Notes: a model not told the origin generated them from the sequence alone. Numbered from the stretch's first letter, positions 9,054-20,516 are shown. The stretch: 56,387 nt of DNA from Bacteroidales bacterium (GCA_035389045.1 DAOORA010000023.1:1-56387), one strand, 5' to 3'. Program-made: numbers and translations.

Positions 9054-10577
9054 ATGAAAATATTAACGGTCAGCCAGATCCGCGAAGCAGATGCTTATAC
9101 CATAGCTCATGAGCCCATAGCTTCAGTGGATTTGATGGAACGGGCGGCTTTGAAATGTTATAACTGGCTTATACAGCAATACGGACGGAATAAAAATTAT
9201 AAGATTTTCTGCGGTACAGGCAACAACGGCGGCGACGGACTGGTTATCGCCCGTCTGCTTTCCGCCAAAAACATCAATGTTCAAACATACATTGTAAGAT
9301 TCAGCGAAAATTGTTCTGCAGATTTCTGTATTAATTATGACCGGTTGGTACAAATAAAAAATATCCAAATCTCCGATATTACGTCTGCCTCAGAAATGCC
9401 TCCGATAAAACAGGATGATGTAGTTGTCGACGCCATTTTCGGTTCAGGGCTTTCAAAACCTGTAAGGACAGGTATAGCTGCCGAGGTGATCGGGACTATT
9501 AACAAAAGCGCTGCATCAGTTGTTGCTATTGATATCCCTTCAGGACTTTTCGGCGAAGACAACTCTGCTAATGACGGAAAGATTATACAGGCACAACATA
9601 CTATGACATTTCAATTTCCCAAATTATCATTTTTTTATGCCGGCAATGAAAAATATGTTGGAAACTGGCATGTTCTTCCTATCGGTTTGCATCCGGAATT
9701 CATCGAAAAAGCTATGGTCAGAAACTACCTTGTTGAAAAAGAAGATGTCCGGGCCATGATCAGACCGCGCAAAAAGTTTTCACATAAAGGGAATTTCGGC
9801 CATGCTCTTCTGGTGTGCGGTTCATACGGGAAAATGGGCGCTGCGGTATTGGCTGCCCGTTCCTGCATAAAATCCGGTGCAGGCCTGGTTACATCACATA
9901 TTCCCGTATGTGGTTATGATATCATGCAAAGCACTGCTCCTGAAATCATGTGCAGTATTGATAATGGCGAACGGATCATTACAGACACCATTGATCTGAA
10001 ACCATATAATGCTGTTGGTGTTGGCCCCGGCATAGGCCAGGACGAAAAAACACAAAAAGCGATAAAACTCCTCATTCAGAACTGCAACTGTCCTGTGGTT
10101 TTTGATGCAGATGCTATCAATATTCTCTCAGAAAACCAAACATGGCTTGCCTTTGTCCCGGAAAATTCCATATTTACACCTCATCCAAAAGAATTTGAAC
10201 GCCTGGCCGGAAAAAGTATTAACGAAAGCCAGCGACAGGCATTGCAAACCGATTTTTCAAAAAAATACGGCGTTTTTGTTGTCCTGAAAGGAGCTTACAC
10301 CTGCATCAGCACACCTTCGGGCGACTGCTATTTCAATACTACCGGTAACCCGGGTATGGCCACCGCCGGCAGCGGTGACGTACTTACCGGCATCATCACG
10401 GGATTGCTGGCACAAGGCTATTCCCCTTTCGCGGCAAGTATTCTGGGAGTATACGTACACGGGTTTTCCGGTGACCTGGCCGCCGGTCGTTATGGTTACG
10501 AAGCAACCACTGCCGGAGAAATCATTAATATGTTAGGAAAAGCTTTTTTAAAGACAGGGGCATCAACCAATAAATAA
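9054..10577 (+). CDS. nnr: Bifunctional NAD(P)HX epimerase/dehydratase
   Basis: LMERAA, GTGNNGGDG, DAIFGSG, IDIPSG, HKGNFG, GVGPGIG, DADA, TPHPKEF, MATAGSGDVLTG. Confidence 0.95.
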   Translation: MKILTVSQIREADAYTIAHEPIASVDLMERAALKCYNWLIQQYGRNKNYKIFCGTGNNGGDGLVIARLLSAKNINVQTYIVRFSENCSADFCINYDRLVQIKNIQISDITSASEMPPIKQDDVVVDAIFGSGLSKPVRTGIAAEVIGTINKSAASVVAIDIPSGLFGEDNSANDGKIIQAQHTMTFQFPKLSFFYAGNEKYVGNWHVLPIGLHPEFIEKAMVRNYLVEKEDVRAMIRPRKKFSHKGNFGHALLVCGSYGKMGAAVLAARSCIKSGAGLVTSHIPVCGYDIMQSTAPEIMCSIDNGERIITDTIDLKPYNAVGVGPGIGQDEKTQKAIKLLIQNCNCPVVFDADAINILSENQTWLAFVPENSIFTPHPKEFERLAGKSINESQRQALQTDFSKKYGVFVVLKGAYTCISTPSGDCYFNTTGNPGMATAGSGDVLTGIITGLLAQGYSPFAASILGVYVHGFSGDLAAGRYGYEATTAGEIINMLGKAFLKTGASTNK

Positions 10578-11108
10578 TTCCGGTATTTCTTTTCTTGTCC
10601 TGGCCGTTTTTGCCCTTCGCTGAAGCTGATCGGGCAATACCTTTATATCGCCTTCATAACCTATTGCTGCTACCGAGATAACAGAATACTCATCGGAAAT
10701 ACTAAAATTCTCGCGTGCTTTTTCCTGGCTGAACCCGCCCATCTGGTGAACAAAAATATTCATTTCAGATGCTCTGATAATCAAATTCTCAACAGCCATA
10801 CCCGTATCATACATGTGAAAATAATTGGGTTTATTATTATGTGAAAAGTTTCTTTTTGCCAGCACCAGAATCAGCACAGGAGCTGTTCTTGCCCACTCCT
10901 GATTGGCCTCCACCAGGCATCCATATAGTTTATTATATTTTTCAGGTTCGTCTTTGCTGGTATAAACAAACCTCCAGGGCTGTTCATTGTAAGCCGAAGG
11001 AGCCCAGCGGGCAGCATCAAATAAATGCATTATTATTTCCTCACCAGGGATTTCATCGGTAAAGGCCAGCGGACTGTACCTTTGCTTAATGGCATCTGAA
11101 ACTTTCAT
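10563..11108 (-). CDS. Nitroreductase family protein
   Basis: RYSPLAF, AARWAPSAYNEQPWRF, VHQMGGF, RTRK; likely start MKVSDAI at 11108; 3' end overlaps convergent nnr by 15 bp. Confidence 0.92.
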   Translation of the reverse strand: MKVSDAIKQRYSPLAFTDEIPGEEIIMHLFDAARWAPSAYNEQPWRFVYTSKDEPEKYNKLYGCLVEANQEWARTAPVLILVLAKRNFSHNNKPNYFHMYDTGMAVENLIIRASEMNIFVHQMGGFSQEKARENFSISDEYSVISVAAIGYEGDIKVLPDQLQRRAKTARTRKEIPELFIG

Positions 11109-11360
11109 AAATCTTTTTAATTTGTTAGGCAAAAATACTCAATGTAACATGATAAAATAAGTTTCGATTCAAATAATACAGAATATAGTTATTTTTTCAA
11201 ATCCCGTTCCCTCAATATCAGCCGGAGCGGGCATCTTGTGGATATGCTTATTAGAGACAATAACTCATTTCTGCACTTTAAAGGCAACACAAAACACCAC
11301 CATTTTCCCAGCTTTTCCATTCAGATTTAAAAATTATGTATTTTTGAAAAAAAATAAAAA

Positions 11361-11864
11361 ATGAGAAAATACCTTTTCCTTATTATCACTGCCATCGTTT
11401 TTGTATCTTGCAGCAGCAATAACGCCAAAAATGAAAAAATAGAAGAATCCGGAACCGATACCGTAAAAAAAGTTGAAAAGGTGGTTATATTAAAACCTGA
11501 GGTTTTAGACGAAGCCTCCTTTCGGCAAAAAGTATTTGATTATACCAGCGGGAAAAAATTTAAATTTCTTGGTGAGAAACCCTGTTTGATTGATTTCTAT
11601 GCCGACTGGTGTGCACCCTGCCGCAAACTTGCCCCTATACTGGAAGAAATTGCTGCGGAATACGGAGGGAAAATTAATGTTTACAAAATCAACACAGACC
11701 ACAATCCGAATGTTTCCGGTTATTTCAATGTATCCAGTATTCCTGCCGTGCTTCTTTGCCCCATGCAAAGCCAGCCCCAGATGATGGTCGGGCTTTACCC
11801 GAAACAGGAATATGTAAATGCCATTAACCAGATCTTGCTGGATACGGTTAACAACCAGCAGTAA
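11361..11864 (+). CDS. Thioredoxin-domain lipoprotein
   Basis: Lipobox FVS-C after hydrophobic leader, DFYADWCAPC, SSIPAV; TATTTTTG promoter at 11339-11346. Confidence 0.88.
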   Translation: MRKYLFLIITAIVFVSCSSNNAKNEKIEESGTDTVKKVEKVVILKPEVLDEASFRQKVFDYTSGKKFKFLGEKPCLIDFYADWCAPCRKLAPILEEIAAEYGGKINVYKINTDHNPNVSGYFNVSSIPAVLLCPMQSQPQMMVGLYPKQEYVNAINQILLDTVNNQQ

Positions 11865-11964
11865 GCTGTTTTGGGTCAGCAGTCACAGAGAGTGCAATCC
11901 CGGAGTCTAATATTATAAATACAACACTGTATTATATCTTATTAACTTGAAGTACAGCATCTTG

Positions 11965-12831
11965 TCATTTACCATTGAATCCCACAGATTTCGTTCTGAC
12001 ATAATCAAAAGTGCCTTTTTCTCTTACCCTTACCCCTTTTTCTGTAAGATGCACCGTACAACATTCGTGCAGGGTATCATGCTGGAACAATAAAAGATAA
12101 TTTTGATCAGCGGCTTCGTTCAGGAAGATTTGTTTTTCCTCCAGCGAAAGCAAAGGCCGGGTATCATAACTTGCCACGAAAGACAGTGAAATATGCGCCG
12201 CGGTGGGAATAAAATCCGCCATATAAACCAACGTCTGCCCCATGAACCGGATCATTGGAATAATTTGGCCGTCGGTATGACCGCCCACGATTTTCAAAAA
12301 AATATTTTCTGAAAATGACATCTCCTTTTCAATGAATTTCAATCGTCCGCTCTTTTCCATAGGCAACAGGTTTTCATGGAGATACGAGGCTTTTTCGCGC
12401 GGGTTGGGATCATTTGCCCAGTTCCACTGCCGCCGTGAACACCATAATGAAGCATATTGAAATACCGGAACGGTTTCGTTACTTTCGTTTTTACGGTATG
12501 TTCCTCCGCAATGATCAAAATGAAGGTGTGTATGTACAACATCTGTTATATCATCCGGAGAAAAGCCATGTTCTTTGATGGCATTCACAAGATTATCATA
12601 ACCATCAATATAAAAATGGCTCCGGAATTTCTCATCCTGTTTGTTTCCCACACCGGTGTCGAAAAGGATGAGGCGGTCACCATCTTTCACCAATAATTCA
12701 CGCAAAGCAAACGTCACCATATTGTTTTCATCGGGAGGATATATTTTACTCCAGATAGATTTCGGCACAACCCCAAAACAAGCGCCTCCGTCAAGTTTAA
12801 AGTTCTCAGCATTAACAAAAAAGATTTCCAT
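11965..12831 (-). CDS. MBL-fold metallo-hydrolase (YtnP-like)
   Basis: FKLDGG..FGVVPK, THLHFDH (HxHxDH), GHTDG, ADF, FQHD. Start MEIFF at 12831 because the longer ORF runs through a terminator. Confidence 0.9.
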   Translation of the reverse strand: MEIFFVNAENFKLDGGACFGVVPKSIWSKIYPPDENNMVTFALRELLVKDGDRLILFDTGVGNKQDEKFRSHFYIDGYDNLVNAIKEHGFSPDDITDVVHTHLHFDHCGGTYRKNESNETVPVFQYASLWCSRRQWNWANDPNPREKASYLHENLLPMEKSGRLKFIEKEMSFSENIFLKIVGGHTDGQIIPMIRFMGQTLVYMADFIPTAAHISLSFVASYDTRPLLSLEEKQIFLNEAADQNYLLLFQHDTLHECCTVHLTEKGVRVREKGTFDYVRTKSVGFNGK

Positions 12832-12878
12832 ACCACATGCAATTATACCAACCGACAAAGTTACTTGTAAAAACGAAC

Positions 12879-12912
12879 AAAAAAAGCCACCCCTTTGCAG
12901 AGGCAGCTTTTT
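12879..12912 (-). terminator. Rho-independent terminator after the S46 peptidase gene
   Basis: Minus strand GCTGCCTCT-GCAA-AGGGGTGGC followed by a T7 run, 20 nt after the stop codon. Confidence 0.85.
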
Positions 12913-12932
12913 CAGTATCATTCATATAGATC

Positions 12933-15149
12933 TTATTGAATGAAAGTCATCTCATCAATAAGGTTTTTAGCCCCTGCATATTTGTCAATCACGAACATCA
13001 CATAACGGATATCGACACAAATGGTGCGTTGAACGGCCGGCTCATAAGCAATATCGCCGCTCATGGCTTCCCAGTTGCCATCAAAGGCAATACCGATAAG
13101 GTGGCCATCGGCATTGATCACAGGGCTGCCCGAATTACCCCCGGTAATATCGAGGTTGGCAATGAAACATACCGGCATTTCGCCGTTTTTGCCGTAACGC
13201 CCGTAATCCTTAGCTTCGTAAAGTTGCTTGAGTTTAGCCGGAACAATAAATTCATTATTTGAAGGGTCTTCTTTCTCCATCACTCCTTTCAGAGTAGTAA
13301 TATAATTATAATGTACTGCATCGGCCGCATCATAATCAAGCACTTTCCCATAGGTCATACGCATGGTAGAATTGGCATCCGGATAATATTTTTTATCTTT
13401 ATTCATTTCGCGAAGCCCGGCAATAAACAGCCGGCTGCCTTTATTGATTTTGGATTCAAGTTCGCCCATAGGCCCGTAAAGTCCACGGATACAGCTCACC
13501 ATCGACAACGTGATCTTAAATCCGGGATCATTCAATAATACTTTATAAGCGGGCTGATCAAGGAAACCCATCAATTTGACCTTATCAACAAAAATAGATT
13601 TTGCATAAATATTTTCTGCCCATTTGTTGAAATCACCTTTGAATTTCTTTTCAAGCTCATTGGCAAAAATATCCGGCAACTGGTCTTTTGGAATGTTATC
13701 ATAATACATTTTGATCAGGGCGCTAAACAGTTTTTTGTCTGTCGGAAGGTTATAATCTTTAAAATATTTTTCCACTTCAGGTTTGAAATTCTCTGCCAAC
13801 GTTTTAATATCACCGTTGTATGAATCTTTGATGGTTTTGTTTTTCTCTTCACTCTGCGCTTTGAGTTTCATATAGAGCTGGAACACCCCAAAAGAAAAAT
13901 ATATAAACTCTGGTCCCTGAAACACAGTTTCCTCAAGGTACTTCATGTGTTTATTATATTTCTTTAAATCATTATACCCGTCGGCAACCATCTGCAGGGC
14001 ATCGCCGTACTTAGCCTTACGTGCTTCGTCGGAAACCACCCATTGTGAGAAATCTTTTTCAAGGTTCAGTTTTTTATCATAAACTTTCAGCTGTTTCAGC
14101 ATTTTTGATTCCCCTATCCATTTTTTCCAGTAGTTCGATGTCCTGGTGTAATATTTATCGGCATACTGAAGTTTCACTTTGGGGTCTGCATCCATATCCT
14201 CCTTCATAATGGCAAGTTTTTTATTGCGTACTTCTATGGCTATAGGATTGGACTGCTGAAGTGTCATATCTACACCATATGAAGTCATATAGCGTGTTGT
14301 AGTACCGGGATATCCCCATATCATGGAGAAATCATCTTTTTTAACCCCTTTCAGCGATATCGGCAGATGATGTTTGGGTTTCAGAGGAATGTTGTTTTCA
14401 GAATATTCTGCAGGAGAACCGTCAGGTGCACTATATACGCGGAGCATGGAAAAATCTCCCGTATGACGCGGCCACATCCAGTTGTCCGTATCACCGCCGA
14501 ATTTTCCGATTGCCGAGGGCGGGGCGCCTACCAGGCGGACATCTTTATAAATAATATAAACAAACATATAAAATTCGTTCCCTTCAAAAAAACTTTTGAC
14601 ATCGGCCACATATTTGCCCTTTTCAGAAGCTTCCTTTTCAAGTTTTCCGGATATTTTATTGATAGCCGCATCACGTTCACCTTCGGTCATATCGTCACGT
14701 AATTCCGCCATCACCTTTGATGTTACATCCTCCATCCGTACAAGAAAGGATGCTGTGACGCCTTCATTACGCAGTTCTTCCTTTTTGCTGAAGGCCCAGA
14801 ACCCGTTTGTCAGGTAGTCATGCTCTATGGAACTTTGCTCCTGAATAGCTCCAAAACCGCAATGGTGGTTCGTCAGGAGCAATCCCTGATCCGAAACAAC
14901 TTCAGCCGTGCAAAAATGAAAGGTCGGATGGTCGGCATTACCCAATCCCACTATAGCGTCTTTCAATGAAGAATTATTGACACTGTATAATTCTTCTGCC
15001 GTCAGGTGGAGGCCGCTCTTTTGCATATCAACATAATTGAGACGCTCGATCAGCATCGGCAACCACATGCCCTCGTCGGGCGGGTTTGTTGCAAGCACTC
15101 CGGTAAAGAGCGCAAAGCACATCATCAGTGAAATAAAGATTTTTTTCAT
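12933..15149 (-). CDS. dpp7: S46 family dipeptidyl peptidase, DPP7-type
   Basis: DEGMWLP, TNHHC, KFGGDTDNWMWPRHTGDF, TGGNSGSP; FDGNWEAMSGD has Gly rather than the Arg typical of DPP11. Confidence 0.9.
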   Translation of the reverse strand: MKKIFISLMMCFALFTGVLATNPPDEGMWLPMLIERLNYVDMQKSGLHLTAEELYSVNNSSLKDAIVGLGNADHPTFHFCTAEVVSDQGLLLTNHHCGFGAIQEQSSIEHDYLTNGFWAFSKKEELRNEGVTASFLVRMEDVTSKVMAELRDDMTEGERDAAINKISGKLEKEASEKGKYVADVKSFFEGNEFYMFVYIIYKDVRLVGAPPSAIGKFGGDTDNWMWPRHTGDFSMLRVYSAPDGSPAEYSENNIPLKPKHHLPISLKGVKKDDFSMIWGYPGTTTRYMTSYGVDMTLQQSNPIAIEVRNKKLAIMKEDMDADPKVKLQYADKYYTRTSNYWKKWIGESKMLKQLKVYDKKLNLEKDFSQWVVSDEARKAKYGDALQMVADGYNDLKKYNKHMKYLEETVFQGPEFIYFSFGVFQLYMKLKAQSEEKNKTIKDSYNGDIKTLAENFKPEVEKYFKDYNLPTDKKLFSALIKMYYDNIPKDQLPDIFANELEKKFKGDFNKWAENIYAKSIFVDKVKLMGFLDQPAYKVLLNDPGFKITLSMVSCIRGLYGPMGELESKINKGSRLFIAGLREMNKDKKYYPDANSTMRMTYGKVLDYDAADAVHYNYITTLKGVMEKEDPSNNEFIVPAKLKQLYEAKDYGRYGKNGEMPVCFIANLDITGGNSGSPVINADGHLIGIAFDGNWEAMSGDIAYEPAVQRTICVDIRYVMFVIDKYAGAKNLIDEMTFIQ

Positions 15150-15371
15150 ACGTTTTTTATTTAAATTATTAAATGATTTTTTCTAACCCACGAAAATAAT
15201 TTCCACAAAAATAATTATTTGACTGATTAAAAAGATACAGCGCCATAATAATATTAAAAGACTCATAGGCAACGCACGTTATAATGGGTTTTGCGGATTT
15301 AATTCCCAGCATGTTTGTTTTCTTTTCATCCATTGGACAGGATGATAAGACTTTTGTTACAAAAACTCCCT

Positions 15372-16118
15372 TTATTTTTTCAACCCCGTTACAGTATCTT
15401 TGTTTTCTTCCTTCACTCCTGTTCCGAAAAGTTTTCTTCCGGTTTTTTCAGAAATAAATTTTACATGCATCTTACCACCAAGATGTGTTGCATTCTCCAG
15501 TAAGGAAATATTCTCCCGTTCAAGATAAATATTAACCTCTCCTGTTTTAATGTTTTTCAATTCCTCGGGATTCATCTTCATACTTGTTGACCCGACAGCA
15601 TTAGTATAAACAGAAGAAGCGTTTCCCGCTATATCTTCAATGAATAACCGGATATTTTCTCCGTTTTGAAGCGGGTATACCCATTCAACAGAGAAGCCCT
15701 GGTCTTTATCTATTGTACCCGCAGCTAATACACATTCCACCGGGATTACCGTCGCAAGGTTCGTATAGGAATATCCATCACCGTTGATATAAATAAAGGT
15801 ATAAAACGGTTTGGCATCAGCCTGTAAATTCATTTCATAGAATGTTCCGGAAAAAACGCTTGCATCATCCGGCATCTCCTGGTTTTCAAACAGAACTTTA
15901 CTGGGCTTCACAAGAAACAACGTCGTTCCGTTAGCCCCTCCGAAACGGAAAGTGGCCACTGCCGTCAGTTCTTTCTCACCGGAATTATAGGTTATAGAAT
16001 AATGCTGGTATATCTCCGATTGTTTTACCGTATCAGAATTGGCTGTTTCATTTGAGGCGCAGCTTGCCAGCATCATCACACCCAAACTAACAAAAAAAAA
16101 CCTGAATAAGGTTTTCAT
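15372..16118 (-). CDS. Hypothetical lipoprotein
   Basis: Lipobox LAS-C after hydrophobic leader MKTLFRFFFVSLGVMM; alternative start 16142. Confidence 0.75.
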   Translation of the reverse strand: MKTLFRFFFVSLGVMMLASCASNETANSDTVKQSEIYQHYSITYNSGEKELTAVATFRFGGANGTTLFLVKPSKVLFENQEMPDDASVFSGTFYEMNLQADAKPFYTFIYINGDGYSYTNLATVIPVECVLAAGTIDKDQGFSVEWVYPLQNGENIRLFIEDIAGNASSVYTNAVGSTSMKMNPEELKNIKTGEVNIYLERENISLLENATHLGGKMHVKFISEKTGRKLFGTGVKEENKDTVTGLKK

Positions 16119-16152
16119 TTTATGTTTATTAAATATTTTCATCCATCAAATT

Positions 16153-16950
16153 TTATCTATAGCATTTGTCCACAAATGTTTTAACGGCATAGTAAGTCTT
16201 GTCCTTAGCTTCCATATAACCCATGTGCGCCACGTCGCCCATCAATAAAGCCGTACTGTCTGAAGGCATCCCTATCTGTTCAAGCAGCACAGCGAGAGGC
16301 AACCGCACATCAAGTTTCCCGGCAATAAATAAAACCGGGTACGGGGCATTATTCAAAACATGGGTGCGGTCGGGTCGCTCTGCCATACCTGAATTAGCTG
16401 CCAGCACAGCTTCCGGGCTCATCTTTTCAGATTCCCTGACCATGTCGTTTATTTCAGATACATACTTCAACTGGTTTTCAAGGGTGAACAGGGAAGGAAT
16501 GAACTCCCCCAAAAAATTAAAAAGATTGTTTTTTATCAGGTTGTTGGTGCGCATACGGTTTTTGAATTTTTCGGGAGTATCTGCCAAAGCATACGAATGA
16601 AACAATCCCAGTCCCTTCATCATAGCCGGATATATGTCCGCAAAAGCGAGGGCAACATATCCGCCCATGGAATGTCCGATGATCACACTTAGTTTAACTC
16701 CAATGGTATCAAGGACATTCTTAACACAACCGGCCATCATTTCCATAGTGTGTACCTGTGATACACATTCACTCAGCCCGTGTCCCGGCAGATCTATGCT
16801 GATCACATGGTACGAAACGGATAAACGTTCGGAAAAGTCATTCCAGATGTTGAGTGATTCGGTAAAGCCATGTAAAAGCACAACAGCATCACCCGCCCCA
16901 TGCTGCTTGTAATGTATCTTGAAGTTCTTATAATAGCAAAAATCGCCCAT
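16153..16950 (-). CDS. Alpha/beta-fold hydrolase
   Basis: LLHGF, IDLPGHG, nucleophile elbow GHSMGG, GKLD, AHMG. Confidence 0.92.
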   Translation of the reverse strand: MGDFCYYKNFKIHYKQHGAGDAVVLLHGFTESLNIWNDFSERLSVSYHVISIDLPGHGLSECVSQVHTMEMMAGCVKNVLDTIGVKLSVIIGHSMGGYVALAFADIYPAMMKGLGLFHSYALADTPEKFKNRMRTNNLIKNNLFNFLGEFIPSLFTLENQLKYVSEINDMVRESEKMSPEAVLAANSGMAERPDRTHVLNNAPYPVLFIAGKLDVRLPLAVLLEQIGMPSDSTALLMGDVAHMGYMEAKDKTYYAVKTFVDKCYR

Positions 16951-17030
16951 GCAGTTTTTGTGTAAAGTTAAAAATTATTCATGTGTTTTCATGAAATTTA
17001 TTGGAAAGATAATGATATTTTTGCAGAAAT

Positions 17031-18272
17031 ATGCCACTATCCATCTTCAGAAAGAAGCATTATCAGGCTTCCGGGTCCTTGTCGAAACTTGCCGTGCGGA
17101 AATTACTCAAAGACCGCATGGCTCTTATTTCCATGATATTTATTCTCTTTCTGTCCATTATTGCCGTGCTGGGTTACCTTATCACACCCGACTCAACGCC
17201 ATTCGCCAATCAGCAGTTTCTTGAACTCACCACCAAAAAACCCGGAGTCAAAGTAAAAATGCTGAAAGTATGCAAAAATGAACCCTATGACAAGCCGGGA
17301 TTTTTTAAAAAAATGTTCTTTGGTGCAAAAAATGATTATCAATACATTCCTATTGATAAGTATTTCTTTCAGGAAGATAAGATCTTCGTGGAAACATATA
17401 CCGGCATGACACCGAATAACGGGGAGATAATATCTTTCAGCCTTGCTGATGTGGTATATGCATTGCCTCCTGATAATTCCGCAATTAACCATGAAGGCAG
17501 CCAGCTAACATTCACAGATATTTATGGTCATAAGATCACCGAAGAACTCAGCGTGCTAAAAGAAAAAACAGAAAGCGGAAACATTATCACAAAAAGGTTT
17601 TTATTAGGTACCGACCGTTTTGGTCGCGATGTGCTCAGCCAGATCATGATCGGCACCCGGGTAAGCCTTTCCGTAGGGTTTATTTCTGTTTTCATCTCCC
17701 TGCTGATCGGAATTTTCCTGGGAGCCCTGGCCGGCTATTTCAAGGGTAAGGTTGATAATCTTATCATGTGGTTTATCAATGTGGTATGGTCGATACCGAC
17801 TTTGCTTCTGGTCATTGCCATAACTTTTGTGCTGGGAAAAGGTTTCTGGCAGGTTTTCATAGCCGTAGGGCTTACCATGTGGGTAGAAGTTGCCCGTGTT
17901 GTCCGGGGGCAGTTTCTGAGCATACGTGAAAAGGAATTTGTTGAAGCTGGGGTAGCATTGGGATTCTCAAATTCACGGATCATCTTCAGACACATTTTAC
18001 CTAATGTCCTTGCTCCGGTAATTGTCATCTCTGCAGCCAATTTTGCATCAGCCATACTTATTGAAGCCGGCCTGAGTTTTCTTGGGATAGGCGTTCAACC
18101 TCCAATGCCGTCCTGGGGAACCATGATCAAAGAGCACTATGGTTATATCATCCTCGATTCCGCATATCTTGCCATCGTTCCCGGCATAGCGATCATGCTG
18201 ACTGTGCTGGCTTTTATGCTTACCGGCAATGGACTTAGGGATGCCCTTGATGTGAAAATGGTCAATAAATAG
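17031..18272 (+). CDS. Oligopeptide-type ABC transporter permease (OppC/DppC-like) with large extracytoplasmic insert
   Basis: LGTDRFGRDVLS, EAA-like loop EFVEAGVALG, FRHILPN, EAGLSFLGIG..PP.PSWG, GNGLRDALD; no partner subunits in the window. Confidence 0.92.
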   Translation: MPLSIFRKKHYQASGSLSKLAVRKLLKDRMALISMIFILFLSIIAVLGYLITPDSTPFANQQFLELTTKKPGVKVKMLKVCKNEPYDKPGFFKKMFFGAKNDYQYIPIDKYFFQEDKIFVETYTGMTPNNGEIISFSLADVVYALPPDNSAINHEGSQLTFTDIYGHKITEELSVLKEKTESGNIITKRFLLGTDRFGRDVLSQIMIGTRVSLSVGFISVFISLLIGIFLGALAGYFKGKVDNLIMWFINVVWSIPTLLLVIAITFVLGKGFWQVFIAVGLTMWVEVARVVRGQFLSIREKEFVEAGVALGFSNSRIIFRHILPNVLAPVIVISAANFASAILIEAGLSFLGIGVQPPMPSWGTMIKEHYGYIILDSAYLAIVPGIAIMLTVLAFMLTGNGLRDALDVKMVNK

Positions 18273-18443
18273 TTTCTAAAAATTTTCATTTTTTTTTGTT
18301 TCAAATTAAAAAATGTATATTTGCACGGAATTTCCCTTTTGAAATATTCTGTTTCTCTAACGTTCGTTACCGGAAACATTCTTTTAATCAGAAATTTACA
18401 TATTTTTTTTTAAAATACAAAATTCACAACCAAATTTTACTTT

Positions 18444-20366
18444 ATGTATAATATTATCGACCTGAATGGAATGAGTATTCCTGAATTACAGGAAATTGCA
18501 GAAAAACTCAACGTTCCCGACTATGAAGACCTTAGAAAAAAAGACCTCATTCACCGGATTTTGGACATCCAGGCTATCAAACCAGAAGAAATTAAACCTA
18601 TTGATAAAGACCGTGAAGAAAACGGCAAAAACCGCCGCAGGGTGACACAACGGCGTACACGGATCGAAAATCCAGAAATAAAGCAACAGCAAGGCAATGG
18701 CCAACCCAGGCCGGCCGAACCTGTAAAAATATTCAACAAAAAACAAAAAGCCAATGCTGATACCATAAAACATAAATCCTTTGAAAAACCTGTAACCAAG
18801 ATAAAACCAGAAACCGAAACACCAAAGACGGAACACAAACCGGAGACAAAAATTGTACAAAAAAACGAAGCAAAACAACAGGAAATAGTTTTTAAGTCAG
18901 AGGACCATAAAAGACCGGAACAGCATCCCGATAAGGTCTATAAAAAAGAGCTTTTTCAGGAAGAAGCCAAAAAATTCGATTTTCTACTGCCCTCTTTTGA
19001 TGAGGAAGACCACACCGCTCCGGTTTCGGTACGTTCCGAAGATGAAAAAGTACCGGCAGTTACTCCGGAGACCAGAGATACCGAAGTACCAGCAACTAAT
19101 GATGTTAATGGAGACAAAACTGAACCCATCGTTAAGGAAGAGCCGGCCGGCGAAGAAGCCAAAACCGGCGATCAGGAACGTATTCAGCGTGACAACCAGT
19201 TTCGTAACCGCCAGCAACGCGAAAAACAACCCGAATATAACTTCGATTTTGAAGGTATCGTTTCCAGCGAAGGAGTGCTTGAAATCATGCCGGATGGTTA
19301 TGGTTTCTTACGTTCATCGGATTACAACTATCTTACCTCCCCCGATGATATTTATGTGTCGCAATCACAGATCAAACTGTTCGGATTAAAAACCGGCGAC
19401 ACCGTAAAAGGCAGGATACGCCCTCCCAAAGAAGGTGAAAAATATTTTCCGCTCATAAAAGTCGAACACATTAACGGGCGTAGTCCCGAAATAGTGCGTG
19501 ACCGCGTGAATTTCGACCACCTCACCCCACTGTTCCCCGAAAAAAAACTCAAACTTACCGGACACCCACAGATGACAGTGACCTCACGCATCATCGATAT
19601 GTTCACACCTATAGGCAAGGGACAGCGCGGATTGATCGTCGCACAGCCCAAGACCGGTAAAACGATGATCCTGAAAGAAATCGCCAATGCCGTGGCATAC
19701 AACCATCCGGAAGTGTACCTTATTATTCTTTTGGTGGATGAACGTCCTGAAGAAGTTACCGACATGCAGCGCAGCGTGAAAGCGGAAGTAATCGCATCGA
19801 CTTTCGACGAACCGGCCGACCGTCATGTAAAGATCGCCAATATTGTCCTTGAAAAAGCAAAACGTCTGGTTGAATGCGGACATGATGTGATGATTTTGCT
19901 TGACTCTATTACCCGTCTTGCACGGGCATATAATACGGTAGCGCCGGCATCCGGGAAAGTGCTGTCAGGCGGAGTGGAAGCCTCGGCACTTCAGAAACCT
20001 AAGAAATTTTTCGGAGCTGCCCGGCAAATCGAAAACGGAGGCTCACTCACCATCATTGCCACTGCACTTACCGAAACAGGCTCAAAAATGGACGAAGTTA
20101 TTTTCGAAGAATTTAAAGGTACCGGCAATATGGAATTACAACTCGACAGAAAACTATCCAACAAACGTATGTTCCCCTCTATTGACCTGGTTGCTTCCAG
20201 CACCCGCCGCGACGACCTGCTGCACGAAAAAGAAGCCTTACAGCGTATATGGGTTTTACGAAACCACCTTGCCGACATGAATCCGGTGGAAGCTATGGAC
20301 TTTCTCAAAGACAAAATGAAGTTCACCCAGACTAATGAAGAGTTTCTGCTCTTTATGAATACCTAG
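18444..20366 (+). CDS. rho: Transcription termination factor Rho with long N-terminal low-complexity insertion
   Basis: Rho_N helix, [70 protein letters not shown] promoter at 18316-18323. Confidence 0.98.
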   Translation: MYNIIDLNGMSIPELQEIAEKLNVPDYEDLRKKDLIHRILDIQAIKPEEIKPIDKDREENGKNRRRVTQRRTRIENPEIKQQQGNGQPRPAEPVKIFNKKQKANADTIKHKSFEKPVTKIKPETETPKTEHKPETKIVQKNEAKQQEIVFKSEDHKRPEQHPDKVYKKELFQEEAKKFDFLLPSFDEEDHTAPVSVRSEDEKVPAVTPETRDTEVPATNDVNGDKTEPIVKEEPAGEEAKTGDQERIQRDNQFRNRQQREKQPEYNFDFEGIVSSEGVLEIMPDGYGFLRSSDYNYLTSPDDIYVSQSQIKLFGLKTGDTVKGRIRPPKEGEKYFPLIKVEHINGRSPEIVRDRVNFDHLTPLFPEKKLKLTGHPQMTVTSRIIDMFTPIGKGQRGLIVAQPKTGKTMILKEIANAVAYNHPEVYLIILLVDERPEEVTDMQRSVKAEVIASTFDEPADRHVKIANIVLEKAKRLVECGHDVMILLDSITRLARAYNTVAPASGKVLSGGVEASALQKPKKFFGAARQIENGGSLTIIATALTETGSKMDEVIFEEFKGTGNMELQLDRKLSNKRMFPSIDLVASSTRRDDLLHEKEALQRIWVLRNHLADMNPVEAMDFLKDKMKFTQTNEEFLLFMNT

Positions 20367-20516
20367 TCAACTTCTCTCTTACATTTTGTAGTCAATATTT
20401 GGCCCGCAACTACGTTATGCATATGCTTGCATATCATTATTTTTAATGCTTTCCGGTAATTTGTCTTATAAAAATTCATACTTTTGCAGAGGTAATGATA
20501 TTAAAAATCTACAACT

